From assembly GCA_944380095.1 (NCBI GenBank), contig CALWGP010000001.1, positions 2,524 to 66,523 of the forward strand: a stretch of DNA of 64,000 nucleotides, in the 5' to 3' direction. The translations under genes were made by a program, and so were the position numbers. Position 1 is the first letter of the stretch. Every line of letters starts with the position of its first letter. The notes beneath the pieces were generated by a model that saw only the letters and a list, made by a program, of their open reading frames with translations, was not told the DNA's origin and searched no databases. This document shows positions 1-9,890 of the stretch, in pieces. The DNA comes from an uncultured Lachnospiraceae bacterium. Lineage in GTDB: Bacteria > Bacillota > Clostridia > Lachnospirales > Lachnospiraceae.

Positions 1-832
1 CTTCCTGGGCGTCAATCACTTCCGCGCCGGTTTCCTGCGCATCCTGGCTTTCCTGCGCGGACTCGTTTTCCGCTTCCGCAAGCGCTTCCCCGACTTCCAC
101 GGTCAGGTCGTCTTTCATCTGTGCCAGATATTCGTAGAGCTCCTCGTTTTCCTGAACCGCATCATTGAAAGCCACCTGCACCCGGTTCATCAGGTCCACC
201 ACGTCATCCTGGGCGGAAATCTCTTCCAGATAGAGGTTTACATTCTCATCCACTTCTCCTTCATGGATATAGTAGCTGCCGTCTTCCCGGGCGTAGACCA
301 GGTAGGGGCTCACACCGGGCACCATCGTATCCATATCCTTAAACTTCACTTCATAAGAAGCGTACACCACGAAAGAATTCTCTGCAGGCCCCTTTTTCGT
401 ATAACATTTCAGCTCGTTATACGATTCAATATAGTTGCTCATCTTCTGCAGATAAATCAGGTTCTCCTCATCAATGGAATCCACCAGGGTCCGGATCTTC
501 TCCGTATCCTGGTCGGTAACCGCCTGATAATATTCCGAAATCAGGGCGTTCACTTCCGGATAAGCGTCCTCTTCCAGAGGCACCGCCGCCGTCTCCTGAC
601 TTTCCTGCGTTACCGCGCTCTCTGCAGGAACGCTCTCATCCGCCTCCTGCGCTGCGCCCGTGGAAGTCGTGCTGGTAGACCTGCCGGCAATAATCCCGAT
701 CACAATCGCCGCTGCAATAATCACCACAGCGATCACGCCAAGCATAACCGTAACCATCCTGTTCTCCCGCAGAAAACGGAAGAAGGATTTCCATTCATTC
801 TTTTTTTCTGACTGCTTCTTCTGTTCGCTCAT
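1..832 (-). CDS. Membrane-anchored acidic extracytoplasmic protein, 3' end outside the window (possibly an SH3b-domain protein)
   Basis: Hand translation from ATG at 832: MSEQKKQSEKKNEWKSFFRFLRENRMVTVMLGVIAVVIIAAAIVIG, one TM helix, then a Glu/Asp-rich region. The frame appears open to the window edge, so it is absent from the ORF track. Confidence 0.75.
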   Translation of the reverse strand, partial: MSEQKKQSEKKNEWKSFFRFLRENRMVTVMLGVIAVVIIAAAIVIGIIAGRSTSTTSTGAAQEADESVPAESAVTQESQETAAVPLEEDAYPEVNALISEYYQAVTDQDTEKIRTLVDSIDEENLIYLQKMSNYIESYNELKCYTKKGPAENSFVVYASYEVKFKDMDTMVPGVSPYLVYAREDGSYYIHEGEVDENVNLYLEEISAQDDVVDLMNRVQVAFNDAVQENEELYEYLAQMKDDLTVEVGEALAEAENESAQESQDAQETGAEVIDAQE

Positions 833-939
833 GTAATCCCAACCTTTTTTTGAATACTGCCGTACACGTATCAACGTTATTTTTTATGCGGCATAAGATT
901 TTATTTTCTGCCGTATAAAAAATCAGAGTGATGCTAAAG

Positions 940-1011
940 TGCAACCGACAGGAATCGAACCTGCATTAAAGGCGTCGGAGGCCTCCGTTCTATCCGTTAG
1001 ACTACGGTTGC
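940..1011 (-). tRNA. tRNA-Arg(CCG), CCA not encoded
   Basis: Reverse complement GCAACCGTAGTCTAACGGATAGAACGGAGGCCTCCGACGCCTTTAATGCAGGTTCGATTCCTGTCGGTTGCA folds as a cloverleaf: anticodon stem GAGGC/GCCTT, loop CTCCGAC, T-loop GTTCGATTC. Confidence 0.95.
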
Positions 1012-1063
1012 AAAAATCGTAATATACTAGATATTACAGAATTGTTACGCATCACTCTGAAAC

Positions 1064-1092
1064 ATAATAGCACAGGAATTCTGTCTTGTCCA
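1064..1092 (-). promoter_or_regulatory. SigA-type promoter of the tRNA gene
   Basis: TGGACA-17 bp-TATTAT with extended -10 TG on the minus strand. Confidence 0.6.
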
Positions 1093-1159
1093 TAGTTTTT
1101 TATACGACTAAAAATTCCTTCCCAGCCGTACAGGAAAGATTCCGGTCCCGGCAGTTCTT

Positions 1160-1891
1160 TTACAAAACCCGGATCTCTCTTTTTTCCCAATCATAGTAGT
1201 AAACGGATTCCGAAAGGAACTTTTCCCGGTCCTGCATCCTGCTGTTGGCATGGGCGACCATCCCGTAAAGCTGCCTTTTTGTTTCCCTTCCTCCTTCCGG
1301 CAGAAGAATCACCTCATGGACGCTGGAAGGCAGAATATAGAAACTGCGTCCTACCTGCCCGGCAAATCCGTCCGCTACCCCCGGATAAAGCAGGGAGACT
1401 GCTCCGAAAAGCCAGCTTTCGTTTCCCAAAACCCACATCGGCTGCAGGCCGCTTCTTTCCCGCATTTTTTCCCTGAGGCGCTGTGCCAGCACCTGCGCCA
1501 CCTGGTCCAGAATTTTTCCCTCCGTATCGGGGAACCGCTCTGCAAGCAGATGTTTCAGGACACTGCGGACGGATCCGCTCACCGGGCTCTCCATCAGAAA
1601 ATCCAGTCTGTACAGTCTGGGAGGGAACAGGTTTTGCATATTGGAAAAAACTTCTTTAAAAAGTTCCTCCTGCCCGATCCCCCAGCAGTCCATCCTCTGA
1701 AAAGTGACCGGGGACCCGGCCAGCTTTCGCCCGTTCTTTCGTTCAAAAAAGCAGGGGATCACATCCAGATCCGCAAACGCCCTTCTGTAGGGGACATCCG
1801 GCAGCAGCATCCTCCGCCCTGTCTGGATCAGGCGGCAGGCCACGTAGGGCCTGGCCCGCTCAAAGCTGAGAAAGAAATCATCCTTTTGCAT
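1160..1891 (-). CDS. DUF5688-like protein of unknown function
   Basis: C-terminal motif FYILPSSVHEVILLP...FLSESVYYYD is typical of DUF5688; start chosen at the ATG of MQKDD. Confidence 0.65.
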   Translation of the reverse strand: MQKDDFFLSFERARPYVACRLIQTGRRMLLPDVPYRRAFADLDVIPCFFERKNGRKLAGSPVTFQRMDCWGIGQEELFKEVFSNMQNLFPPRLYRLDFLMESPVSGSVRSVLKHLLAERFPDTEGKILDQVAQVLAQRLREKMRERSGLQPMWVLGNESWLFGAVSLLYPGVADGFAGQVGRSFYILPSSVHEVILLPEGGRETKRQLYGMVAHANSRMQDREKFLSESVYYYDWEKREIRVL

Positions 1892-1904
1892 ATCGCACTC
1901 TCGC

Positions 1905-1947
1905 AAAAATCCGGATACTGCTCTGCTGCGGCACTATCCGGATTTTT
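1905..1947. terminator. Hairpin after the lactonase gene
   Basis: Perfect 13-bp inverted repeat AAAAATCCGGATA / TATCCGGATTTTT with T-runs in both directions. Confidence 0.7.
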
Positions 1948-1964
1948 CTTCCTGTTTTGTGAAG

Positions 1965-3020
1965 TTATCCGATCCTGTGGAAAATCACACAGTTTGGCTG
2001 GTCTACATGGATTTCAGGCCCGTTCATCACGATCAGCCCCTTTTCCAGGTCCACATTGAAAAAAGTCATGGTATTGGATTCGTGGTTTAAGGATACCAGA
2101 TGCCTGTTATCCGGGAAGAGCATGGCGTCCTTGGGGTACTCGCCGCTGATGGGCAGGCAGAACAGCTTGGACAGCATTCCCGTCTCCGGGTCGATTTTAA
2201 ACAGGATCACGCTGTTGTCGCCCGCATTGGAACTGAGCAGGTATTTGAAATCGTCGGACAGGTTCAGCGCGCTGGCCGCGGTACCGCCCGCATGATAATT
2301 GTTCACCGTAGGCACCGTCTGAATCTTGTCAAAGAAGGGATTATCATTCTCTTCCTTATAAGTGTAAACGTCGATAATATTTTTCAGCTCGTGGACGATA
2401 TAGAGGAACTCCCCGTTTTTGCTGAATTTGATATGACGGGGGGCGGATTCCACTTCGCTCCGGATCACGTCCGCCAGCTTCAGCTTCCCGGTCTCATGAT
2501 CCAGCCGGTATACATTGGTATGGTCCAGTCCCAGGTCCGTGGCGCACAGGTAATGGTTGTCCCTCGTCATCTTCACGCAGCTGACGTGGGGCCGGAAATT
2601 GCGCTCTGCAATGCTGCCGAGCCCGCGGTGGAAAATCTCTTCCGTAATCTCTCCCACGCTTCCGTCCTCGCCCACCCGGAGCACCGTAATTTTCCCGTCA
2701 TGCCATCCGGCCACGAACAAAAACCGGTCCTCATAATCCGTGGACAAATAACAGCCTCTCATGCCGTTGATACCTGCCATATTGATGGTCTTTAATCCCC
2801 CGTCCGGCAGGATCTCATAGGCCTCCACCCCGAAGTCCGTAATAGAATACAGCCATTTGCGGTTATGGGAAATCGTCAGATAGGAAGAGTTGGTGATCTC
2901 CACCCGGTCCTTTAACGAAAATCTCCCGTTCTCCAGATCCACGTCGTAAATTGAAATGCCGTGATTGTCCCCCATCGTATAGGTAGAGACATAGGCTACG
3001 TATTTTCCCCTTTCAGCCAT
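1965..3020 (-). CDS. pgl: Lactonase family beta-propeller (6-phosphogluconolactonase-like)
   Basis: YVSTYT N-terminus, RPHVSCV, DLGLD, PRHIKFS and GEYPKD motifs; SD GGAGG before ATG at 3020. Confidence 0.8.
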   Translation of the reverse strand: MAERGKYVAYVSTYTMGDNHGISIYDVDLENGRFSLKDRVEITNSSYLTISHNRKWLYSITDFGVEAYEILPDGGLKTINMAGINGMRGCYLSTDYEDRFLFVAGWHDGKITVLRVGEDGSVGEITEEIFHRGLGSIAERNFRPHVSCVKMTRDNHYLCATDLGLDHTNVYRLDHETGKLKLADVIRSEVESAPRHIKFSKNGEFLYIVHELKNIIDVYTYKEENDNPFFDKIQTVPTVNNYHAGGTAASALNLSDDFKYLLSSNAGDNSVILFKIDPETGMLSKLFCLPISGEYPKDAMLFPDNRHLVSLNHESNTMTFFNVDLEKGLIVMNGPEIHVDQPNCVIFHRIG

Positions 3021-3204
3021 AAAAACCTCCCACATGTGATACGGATTTTCTCCTGCATCCTCTCCTGCAGCCAAAGCCGCCTCTTTCACTGCCTATTCTA
3101 ACACATAATCCCCTCTTTTGTTAATCCTTTTTCCCTGATTTTCCATGGTTTTGGAATCTCCGGAAATTTGCCGGAAATTTTGCCCGGATTTTTCAAATAT
3201 TCCA

Positions 3205-3265
3205 TTGACATTCCGGTGAAAAAACGTATAATGGGTATCAGCGCTTTTGTTTAGTTTTAGTAAAC
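3205..3265 (+). promoter_or_regulatory. SigA promoter plus candidate repressor operator of the XRE-potABCD operon
   Basis: TTGACA-16-TATAAT (3205-3232); downstream inverted repeat GTTTA-N7-TAAAC (3249-3265). Confidence 0.7.
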
Positions 3266-3309
3266 TTTTTGTTTATTATCACTGTTTTCATATAAGGGAA
3301 GGATTTCGA

Positions 3310-3846
3310 ATGAAAATCGGAGCAAAACTCAAGGAGCTCAGGGTTCAGAAGTCGCTGACCCAGGAGGAGCTGGCGGACCGCACCGAACTGTCGAAGGGAT
3401 TTATTTCCCAGTTGGAGCGGGATCTGACTTCTCCTTCCATCGCCACCCTGATGGATATCCTCCAGGTCCTGGGAACCGATCTGAAGGACTTTTTCAATGA
3501 GGAACCGGAAGAACAGATCGTCTTCCACGAAAGCGACTATTTCGAAAAAGAAGACGAAGAATACCGAAACCGGATGGAATGGATCATTCCAAACGCGCAG
3601 AAAAACATCATGGAACCGGTCCGGCTGACCTTGGCGCCGGGCGGGAGCACCTATCCGGATAACCCCCACGAGGGCGAAGAGTTCGGCTACGTGCTTTCCG
3701 GCAGCATTACCATCCATATCGGCAAAAAAAATTACAGGGCCAAAAAGGGGGAATCCTTCTATTTTACCCCGAAATCAACCCATTCCATTACAGCCGGTTC
3801 CAAGGGCGCCGTCCTGATCTGGGTATCCAGTCCGCCCAGTTTTTGA
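3310..3846 (+). CDS. XRE-family HTH plus cupin transcriptional regulator (PuuR-like, polyamine operon)
   Basis: HTH LTQEELADRTELSKGFISQLERD; cupin PHEGEEFGYVLSG; directly upstream of potABCD. Confidence 0.85.
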   Translation: MKIGAKLKELRVQKSLTQEELADRTELSKGFISQLERDLTSPSIATLMDILQVLGTDLKDFFNEEPEEQIVFHESDYFEKEDEEYRNRMEWIIPNAQKNIMEPVRLTLAPGGSTYPDNPHEGEEFGYVLSGSITIHIGKKNYRAKKGESFYFTPKSTHSITAGSKGAVLIWVSSPPSF

Positions 3847-3937
3847 CCGGCAGTCTGCAAAATCACTGCATTTGGCAGTTTACTGATGACTATGACAAAG
3901 GAAGGAACAGTGGGACACACTGTACGGGAGAGAACGA

Positions 3938-5011
3938 ATGAGCACCAGACTGATCGATTTAGTACATATCACCAAAAGTTATGACGACAACACGGTCCTG
4001 GATGATATGAACCTCTATATCCGGGAGAACGAATTCCTGACCCTCCTGGGCCCCAGCGGCTGCGGCAAGACCACTACGCTGCGCATTATCGGCGGTTTTG
4101 AAAAGCCCGACCAGGGCACGGTTTTATTCAACGGTCAGGACATCACCAACCTGCCTCCCAACAAGCGGCAGCTCAATACGGTGTTCCAAAAATACGCCCT
4201 GTTTCCCCATATGACCATCGCGGAAAACATTGCCTTTGGCTTAAAGATCCGCAATAAGAGCAAGGCCTATATTAACGACAAGATTAAATATGCCTTAAAG
4301 CTGGTCAATCTGGACGGTTACGAAAACCGGATGCCGGATTCCCTAAGCGGCGGACAGCAGCAAAGAATCGCCATTGCACGCGCCATCGTCAATGAGCCCA
4401 AGCTGCTTTTGCTGGATGAGCCCCTGGGCGCCCTGGATTTAAAACTCCGCCAGGATATGCAGTACGAACTGATCCGCCTGAAAAACGAGCTGGGGATTAC
4501 CTTCATCTATGTGACCCACGATCAGGAAGAAGCCCTCACCATGTCCGACACCATCGTCGTAATGAACCAGGGCTACATCCAGCAGATCGGCACGCCGGAG
4601 AAAATTTACAATGAGCCCGAGAACGCCTTTGTGGCGGATTTCATCGGGGATTCCAACATCATCGATTCCATTATGGTCCGGGACGAACTGGTAGAAATTT
4701 TAGGAGCAAAGTTTGCCTGCGTGGACAAGGGATTCGGCACCAACCGTCCGGTGGACGTGGTGATCCGTCCGGAAGATGTGGATCTGGTCAAACCCGAAGA
4801 AGGCACGCTGCAGGGTGTGGTAACCCATCTGATTTTCAAGGGCGTTCATTATGAAATGGAAGTTACTGCCAACGGATTTGAATGGCTGGTCCACTCCACC
4901 GATATGTTCCCCGTAGGGACAAAGGTAGGAATCCGCGTGGACCCCTATGACATTCAGATTATGAACAAACCGTCTTCCGAAGATGAGGAGGCTGTGGGGA
5001 TCAATGAATAA
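3938..5011 (+). CDS. potA: Spermidine/putrescine ABC transporter ATPase
   Basis: [25 protein letters not shown]-terminal TOBE region. Confidence 0.9.
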   Translation: MSTRLIDLVHITKSYDDNTVLDDMNLYIRENEFLTLLGPSGCGKTTTLRIIGGFEKPDQGTVLFNGQDITNLPPNKRQLNTVFQKYALFPHMTIAENIAFGLKIRNKSKAYINDKIKYALKLVNLDGYENRMPDSLSGGQQQRIAIARAIVNEPKLLLLDEPLGALDLKLRQDMQYELIRLKNELGITFIYVTHDQEEALTMSDTIVVMNQGYIQQIGTPEKIYNEPENAFVADFIGDSNIIDSIMVRDELVEILGAKFACVDKGFGTNRPVDVVIRPEDVDLVKPEEGTLQGVVTHLIFKGVHYEMEVTANGFEWLVHSTDMFPVGTKVGIRVDPYDIQIMNKPSSEDEEAVGINE

Positions 5012-5861
5012 ACCTGTACGGAAAAAAGCCCCCGCCGGGGTATCCTATTTCAATCAGAAAGCCATGACCGCACCCTACCTGTTTTGGTCCGCGGCATTTA
5101 TTATCATCCCGCTGTGCATGATCTTTTACTACGGGCTGACGGACCGGAGCGGCGCCTTCACCCTGGAGAATATCCTGGCCATCGCTTCGCCCGAACACGC
5201 CAAAGCCCTCTGGCTTTCCATCCTGCTTTCCATTATCAGCACGCTGGTCTGTCTTGTCCTGGCCTATCCTTTGGCCATGATCCTGACGGCAAAAAACGTA
5301 AGCCATCAGAGCTTCATCGTGCTTATTTTCATCCTTCCCATGTGGATGAACTTCCTTTTGCGGACGCTGGCCTGGCAGACGCTCCTGGAAAAGACCGGGG
5401 TGATCAATTCGATCCTCTCCTTCCTGCACCTGCCGTCTTTGGATATTATCAATACACCCTATGCCATTGTGCTTGGCATGGTATACAACTTCCTGCCCTT
5501 TATGGTGCTGCCCCTGTATAACTCCCTGACCAAAATTGATCCCAGCGTGGTCAATGCGGCGCGGGATCTGGGCGCCAACGGGGTGCAGACTTTCTGCCGG
5601 GTTATTTTCCCGTTAAGCATCCCCGGCGTCATCAGCGGCATTACCATGGTTTTTGTCCCCGCCCTGACCACTTTCGTAATCAGCAACCTGCTGGGCGGCA
5701 GTAAAATCCTGCTCATCGGCAATGTGATCGAGCAGGAATTCACCCAGGCCTCCAACTGGCATCTGGGCAGCGGCCTTTCCATCGTATTGATGGTATTTAT
5801 CCTCATCAATATGGTCCTGACCGCCATATTCGATAAGAAAGGGGAGGGAACTGCGTTATGA
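5004..5861 (+). CDS. potB: Spermidine/putrescine ABC permease
   Basis: Multiple TM segments, EAA-like loop NAARDLGA, overlaps potA stop. Confidence 0.85.
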   Translation: MNKPVRKKAPAGVSYFNQKAMTAPYLFWSAAFIIIPLCMIFYYGLTDRSGAFTLENILAIASPEHAKALWLSILLSIISTLVCLVLAYPLAMILTAKNVSHQSFIVLIFILPMWMNFLLRTLAWQTLLEKTGVINSILSFLHLPSLDIINTPYAIVLGMVYNFLPFMVLPLYNSLTKIDPSVVNAARDLGANGVQTFCRVIFPLSIPGVISGITMVFVPALTTFVISNLLGGSKILLIGNVIEQEFTQASNWHLGSGLSIVLMVFILINMVLTAIFDKKGEGTAL

Positions 5862-6652
5862 TCAAAACCACCGCTCAGAAAATCTACGTGGCGCTGATTT
5901 TCATTTTCATGTACGCCCCCATCGCCACCCTGATGGTCCTTTCCTTCAACGCCAGCAGGACCCGTGCAAAATGGGGCGGTTTTACGCTGAACTGGTATGT
6001 GGAGCTGTTTGCCAACGAAGATATCATGCAGGCTTTGTACAACACCCTGCTGATCGCCTTTTTGTCCGCGCTTTTTGCCACGGTAATCGGCACCGTGGCA
6101 ACGATCTCCTTTTCGGGGATGAAGAGAAGGAACCGCGCCATTTTTATGAGCATTACCAACATTCCCATGCTCAACGCCGAAATCGTCACCGGGATTTCCC
6201 TGATGCTGCTTTTTTTAACCCTGGGCGTCCGGTTTGGATTCGGCACAATCCTCCTATCCCACATCACCTTCAATATCCCTTATGTGATCTTAAGCGTGAT
6301 GCCGCGGATGAAGCAGTTAAATCCCAGCGTATATGAAGCGGCCCTGGATCTGGGCGCTTCCCCGGCAAAGGCATTTTTCAAGGTCGTTTTCCCCGATCTT
6401 CTGCCCGGCATCCTGTCCGGTTTCCTGATGGCCTTTACCATGTCGCTGGACGATTTTATCATCACCCACTTTACCAAAGGACCCGGTGTGGACACTCTGT
6501 CCACTAAAATCTATACAGAAGTCAAAAAGGGAATCAAACCCGAAATGTACGCCCTGTCCTCCCTTATTTTTGTGACAGTGCTGATCCTTCTGATCCTGGT
6601 CAACAAATCACCAAAGCCAAAGGACAAAGTCCACAAGGCGGAAAGGAATTGA
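5858..6652 (+). CDS. potC: Spermidine/putrescine ABC permease
   Basis: YEAALDLGA loop, SLDDFIITHF, ATGA overlap with potB. Confidence 0.88.
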   Translation: MIKTTAQKIYVALIFIFMYAPIATLMVLSFNASRTRAKWGGFTLNWYVELFANEDIMQALYNTLLIAFLSALFATVIGTVATISFSGMKRRNRAIFMSITNIPMLNAEIVTGISLMLLFLTLGVRFGFGTILLSHITFNIPYVILSVMPRMKQLNPSVYEAALDLGASPAKAFFKVVFPDLLPGILSGFLMAFTMSLDDFIITHFTKGPGVDTLSTKIYTEVKKGIKPEMYALSSLIFVTVLILLILVNKSPKPKDKVHKAERN

Positions 6653-6654
6653 AA

Positions 6655-7722
6655 ATGAAAAGAAAAGGTCTTTGCGCACTTGCGCTCGCATCTCTGGCCG
6701 TCGGCGGTATGCTGGCCGGCTGCGGTTCTTCCTCTTCCGGAAGCAACGGCGAGGTCGTGGTCTACAACTGGGGAGAATATATCGATCCCGACACGATCAC
6801 CATGTTTGAGGAAGAAACCGGGATCAAAGTCATCTATGACGAATTTGAAACCAATGAAATCATGTACCCGAAGGTAGAATCCGGCGCATCCGAATACGAT
6901 GTGATCTGCCCTTCCGACTACATGATCCAGAAAATGATTGAAAATGACCTTCTGGCCGAACTCAACTTTGACAACCTTCCCAACGCCACGGCCAATATCG
7001 GCGAACAGTACTGGGAACAGTCCAAAGGATTTGACCCGGAGAACAAATACTCCGTCCCCTACTGTTGGGGCACCGTGGGTATCCTCTATAACAAAACCAT
7101 GGTGGATGATCCGGTGGACAGCTGGTCCATCCTCTGGAACGAAAAATATGCGGACAACATCCTGATGCAGGACTCCGTTCGGGACGCTTTCATGGTAGCC
7201 CTGAAATTAAACGGCAATTCCATGAATACCACGGATCCGGATGAACTGGCAGCCGCCAGGGACCTGCTTATCGAGCAAAAGCCCCTGGTACAGGCCTATG
7301 TGATCGACCAGGTGCGGGATAAGATGATCGGCGGGGAAGCCGCCCTTGGCGTGATCTATTCCGGGGAAGCGATCTATACCCAGAGGGAAAACCCGGATCT
7401 GGAATACGTGGTTCCCAAGGAAGGCACCAATGTCTGGATCGATTCCTGGGTAATTCCCAAAAACGCGCCCAACAAGGAAAACGCGGAGAAGTTTATCGAC
7501 TTCATGTGCCGCGCGGATGTGGCTTTGATGAACTTCGAATACATCACCTACTCCACTCCCAACGTAGCGGCAAGGGAGCTGATCGAGGACGAGGATATCC
7601 GCAATTCCGAGATTGCTTTCCCTGATCTGAGCCAGTACAATAATCTGGAAGTCTTCACCTACATCGGGGAAGAAGGAGACTCCTTATACAACGAAATGTG
7701 GAAGGAAGTCAAATCCAACTAA
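6655..7722 (+). CDS. potD: Spermidine/putrescine-binding lipoprotein
   Basis: Lipobox LAGC, VYNWGEYIDP, PYCWGTVGI, WIDSWVIP. Confidence 0.9.
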   Translation: MKRKGLCALALASLAVGGMLAGCGSSSSGSNGEVVVYNWGEYIDPDTITMFEEETGIKVIYDEFETNEIMYPKVESGASEYDVICPSDYMIQKMIENDLLAELNFDNLPNATANIGEQYWEQSKGFDPENKYSVPYCWGTVGILYNKTMVDDPVDSWSILWNEKYADNILMQDSVRDAFMVALKLNGNSMNTTDPDELAAARDLLIEQKPLVQAYVIDQVRDKMIGGEAALGVIYSGEAIYTQRENPDLEYVVPKEGTNVWIDSWVIPKNAPNKENAEKFIDFMCRADVALMNFEYITYSTPNVAARELIEDEDIRNSEIAFPDLSQYNNLEVFTYIGEEGDSLYNEMWKEVKSN

Positions 7723-7740
7723 CTTATCACAAGAATCAGC

Positions 7741-7786
7741 CGCCGCACGAGCGCCATACCGGATAACGGCTCGTGCGGCGCTTTTT
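7741..7786 (+). terminator. Intrinsic terminator of the pot operon
   Basis: 12-bp stem CGCCGCACGAGC / GCTCGTGCGGCG followed by CTTTTT. Confidence 0.75.
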
Positions 7787-7809
7787 ATACGACAGGAATC
7801 CCTATAATC

Positions 7810-8706
7810 ATGGAACGAATTCTCACCTACCCGGTCCCCCCTTTGGAAGAAGGGCTTTGCGTAGCGCAGTTTCTCAAAAAACGGCGCTATTCCTCCGCCA
7901 ATATCACAGACTTAAAAAAGATGGAAGAAAGCATTCTGATCAACGGCTCCCCTGCCTTCATGGTCGCCCGTCTGCACGCGGGGGACGTCCTGACCGTACG
8001 GATCCGCGAATTGGTTTCCTCCCCCAAAATCCCGCCCAGCCCGATCCCGTTAAATATCGTCTATGAAGACGAGGATCTTCTGGTGGTCAACAAGCCGGCC
8101 GATATGCCCATCCACCCTTCCATGCACAACTACACCAATTCCCTTGGAAACGCTGCCGCCTGGTATTTTGCGCAGCAAAACTGCCCCTTTGTCTTCCGCT
8201 GCATCAACCGGCTGGATCACAACACTTCCGGCCTGACCATAATTGCCAAGCACTTAGTCAGCGGCAGCATCCTTTCCTCCATGGTAAAAGGACGGGAAAT
8301 CCACCGGGAATATCTGGGAATCGTGCGGGGAACCCTGACGCCGCCCTCCGGTACCATTACCGCGCCCTTAGGACGGAAGCCCGGCTCCATCATCGAACGT
8401 ACCATCGACTTTGAAAACGGGGAATCGGCGGTTACCCACTATCAGGCAATCGCCGTCCGAAACGGCCATACGCTGGTCCGTCTTCATCTGGAAACCGGCC
8501 GCACCCACCAGATCCGGATCCACATGAAGTATCTGGGACATCCCCTCATCGGGGATTCCCTTTATAACCCGGATATGGAGTGGATCCAAAGGCAGGCCCT
8601 GCACTCATACCGCCTTTGCTTTACACACCCCATCACCGGGGAAGCGATGGAATTTACCTCCCCCCTTCCTAAGGATATGTGCCGGGTGCTTTGGGGAAAA
8701 CACTGA
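7810..8706 (+). CDS. RluA-family pseudouridine synthase
   Basis: VVNKPADM, NRLDHNTSG (catalytic Asp), TGRTHQIRIH, QALHS. Confidence 0.9.
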   Translation: MERILTYPVPPLEEGLCVAQFLKKRRYSSANITDLKKMEESILINGSPAFMVARLHAGDVLTVRIRELVSSPKIPPSPIPLNIVYEDEDLLVVNKPADMPIHPSMHNYTNSLGNAAAWYFAQQNCPFVFRCINRLDHNTSGLTIIAKHLVSGSILSSMVKGREIHREYLGIVRGTLTPPSGTITAPLGRKPGSIIERTIDFENGESAVTHYQAIAVRNGHTLVRLHLETGRTHQIRIHMKYLGHPLIGDSLYNPDMEWIQRQALHSYRLCFTHPITGEAMEFTSPLPKDMCRVLWGKH

Positions 8707-8713
8707 ATTTTCT

Positions 8714-8742
8714 TTGCAAAATGTTTCAAATAACGGTATACT
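8714..8742 (+). promoter_or_regulatory. SigA promoter of the NYN gene
   Basis: TTGCAA-17-TATACT. Confidence 0.6.
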
Positions 8743-8779
8743 GATAGAGAATGAAAGGAAAAGACAGGGAGTATTGAAT

Positions 8780-9796
8780 ATGGATATGATCAACGAACCC
8801 AAAATGCAGATCGCCGTTTTAATCGATTCCGAAAACGTCAGTTCCCGCTACGCCTCCATCATCTTCAATGAGATCGAGTCCTACGGGTTTGCCACGTACC
8901 GGAGGATTTACGGCGACTGGACCAAAAACAACGGCTGGAACGAAAACCTCCTTCTGGAAAATTCCATCACGCCCATCCAGCAGTTTGACTACACGTTCGG
9001 GAAAAATTCCGCGGATATCGCCATGGTCATCGACGCCATGGATATCCTCTATTCCGGCAACGTGGACGGCTTTTGCCTGGTTACCAGCGACAGCGACTTT
9101 ACCCGTCTGGCCATGCGCCTCCGGGAAGCCAACATGTATGTAATCGGCATGGGCGAATCCAAAACCCCGGTGGCCCTGACCAAGGCCTGCAACAAGTTCA
9201 TCCACTTGAACCTGATCTACGAACAGCCTGCCGCTCCTGCGGCGGAAGTTCCCGCTGCAGACGACCACCTGCACGAGGATTACAGCACAGCCAGCATCGC
9301 AAAGACCAATGCCGTCACTTCCATCGGTGAAATCGAAGAAGCCATTATTTCCATCGTAAACGACAATGAAAACAAGGGCAAAACCACTTATATGGGAGAA
9401 ATCGGAAGCCGGTTAAACAGCAAGTTCACCGACTTTGACGTACGAAACTACGGCTATACCAAACTGCTTACTTTCCTTAAGGACAAGTGTTCCAAGCTGG
9501 ATATCCTAAAGGACAATACCTCTTATACCGTCAACGTCCGGGAGCTGAACAACGTAACCGACGTACAGAAAGAAATCGCCGCCCTCATCCAGAAAAACGG
9601 GGGCACCATCGACAATCTGTCCGTTCTTTACGAACAGCTCAAAAAGAAATATCCCGCCTTTGATTTAAAGGACTACGGCTACAGCCGTTTCTCCAGCTTC
9701 CTTCGAAGCATCGACAACATCGTTGTCCGCGGCAACGCAGTCAGTGTAAATGTAAAGGCCGCTTCCAGACCCCGCCGGGGCGGGAAAAAAGGATAA
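8780..9796 (+). CDS. NYN (PIN-like) domain protein with two C-terminal OST-HTH/LOTUS domains
   Basis: LIDSEN, KNSADIAMVIDA, TSDSDF acidic motifs; two repeats of the type FDVRNYGYTKL / FDLKDYGYSRF. Confidence 0.85.
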   Translation: MDMINEPKMQIAVLIDSENVSSRYASIIFNEIESYGFATYRRIYGDWTKNNGWNENLLLENSITPIQQFDYTFGKNSADIAMVIDAMDILYSGNVDGFCLVTSDSDFTRLAMRLREANMYVIGMGESKTPVALTKACNKFIHLNLIYEQPAAPAAEVPAADDHLHEDYSTASIAKTNAVTSIGEIEEAIISIVNDNENKGKTTYMGEIGSRLNSKFTDFDVRNYGYTKLLTFLKDKCSKLDILKDNTSYTVNVRELNNVTDVQKEIAALIQKNGGTIDNLSVLYEQLKKKYPAFDLKDYGYSRFSSFLRSIDNIVVRGNAVSVNVKAASRPRRGGKKG

Positions 9797-9805
9797 AACG
9801 CCGCA

Positions 9806-9857
9806 TGCCGCGCAAGTCTTCCTGGGCCGTTCTAGCCTGGGACAAACTTGCGCGGCA
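9806..9857. terminator. Hairpin between convergent NYN and histidine kinase genes
   Basis: 12-bp inverted repeat TGCCGCGCAAGT / ACTTGCGCGGCA. Confidence 0.6.
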
Positions 9858-9890
9858 CGTTTGTTTCTACGCACCCTTATTCTTTCCGGA

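Noticed and set aside
940-1011. tRNA as an active integration site
   Set aside because: No duplicated tRNA 3' end, integrase or phage gene was seen in the window.
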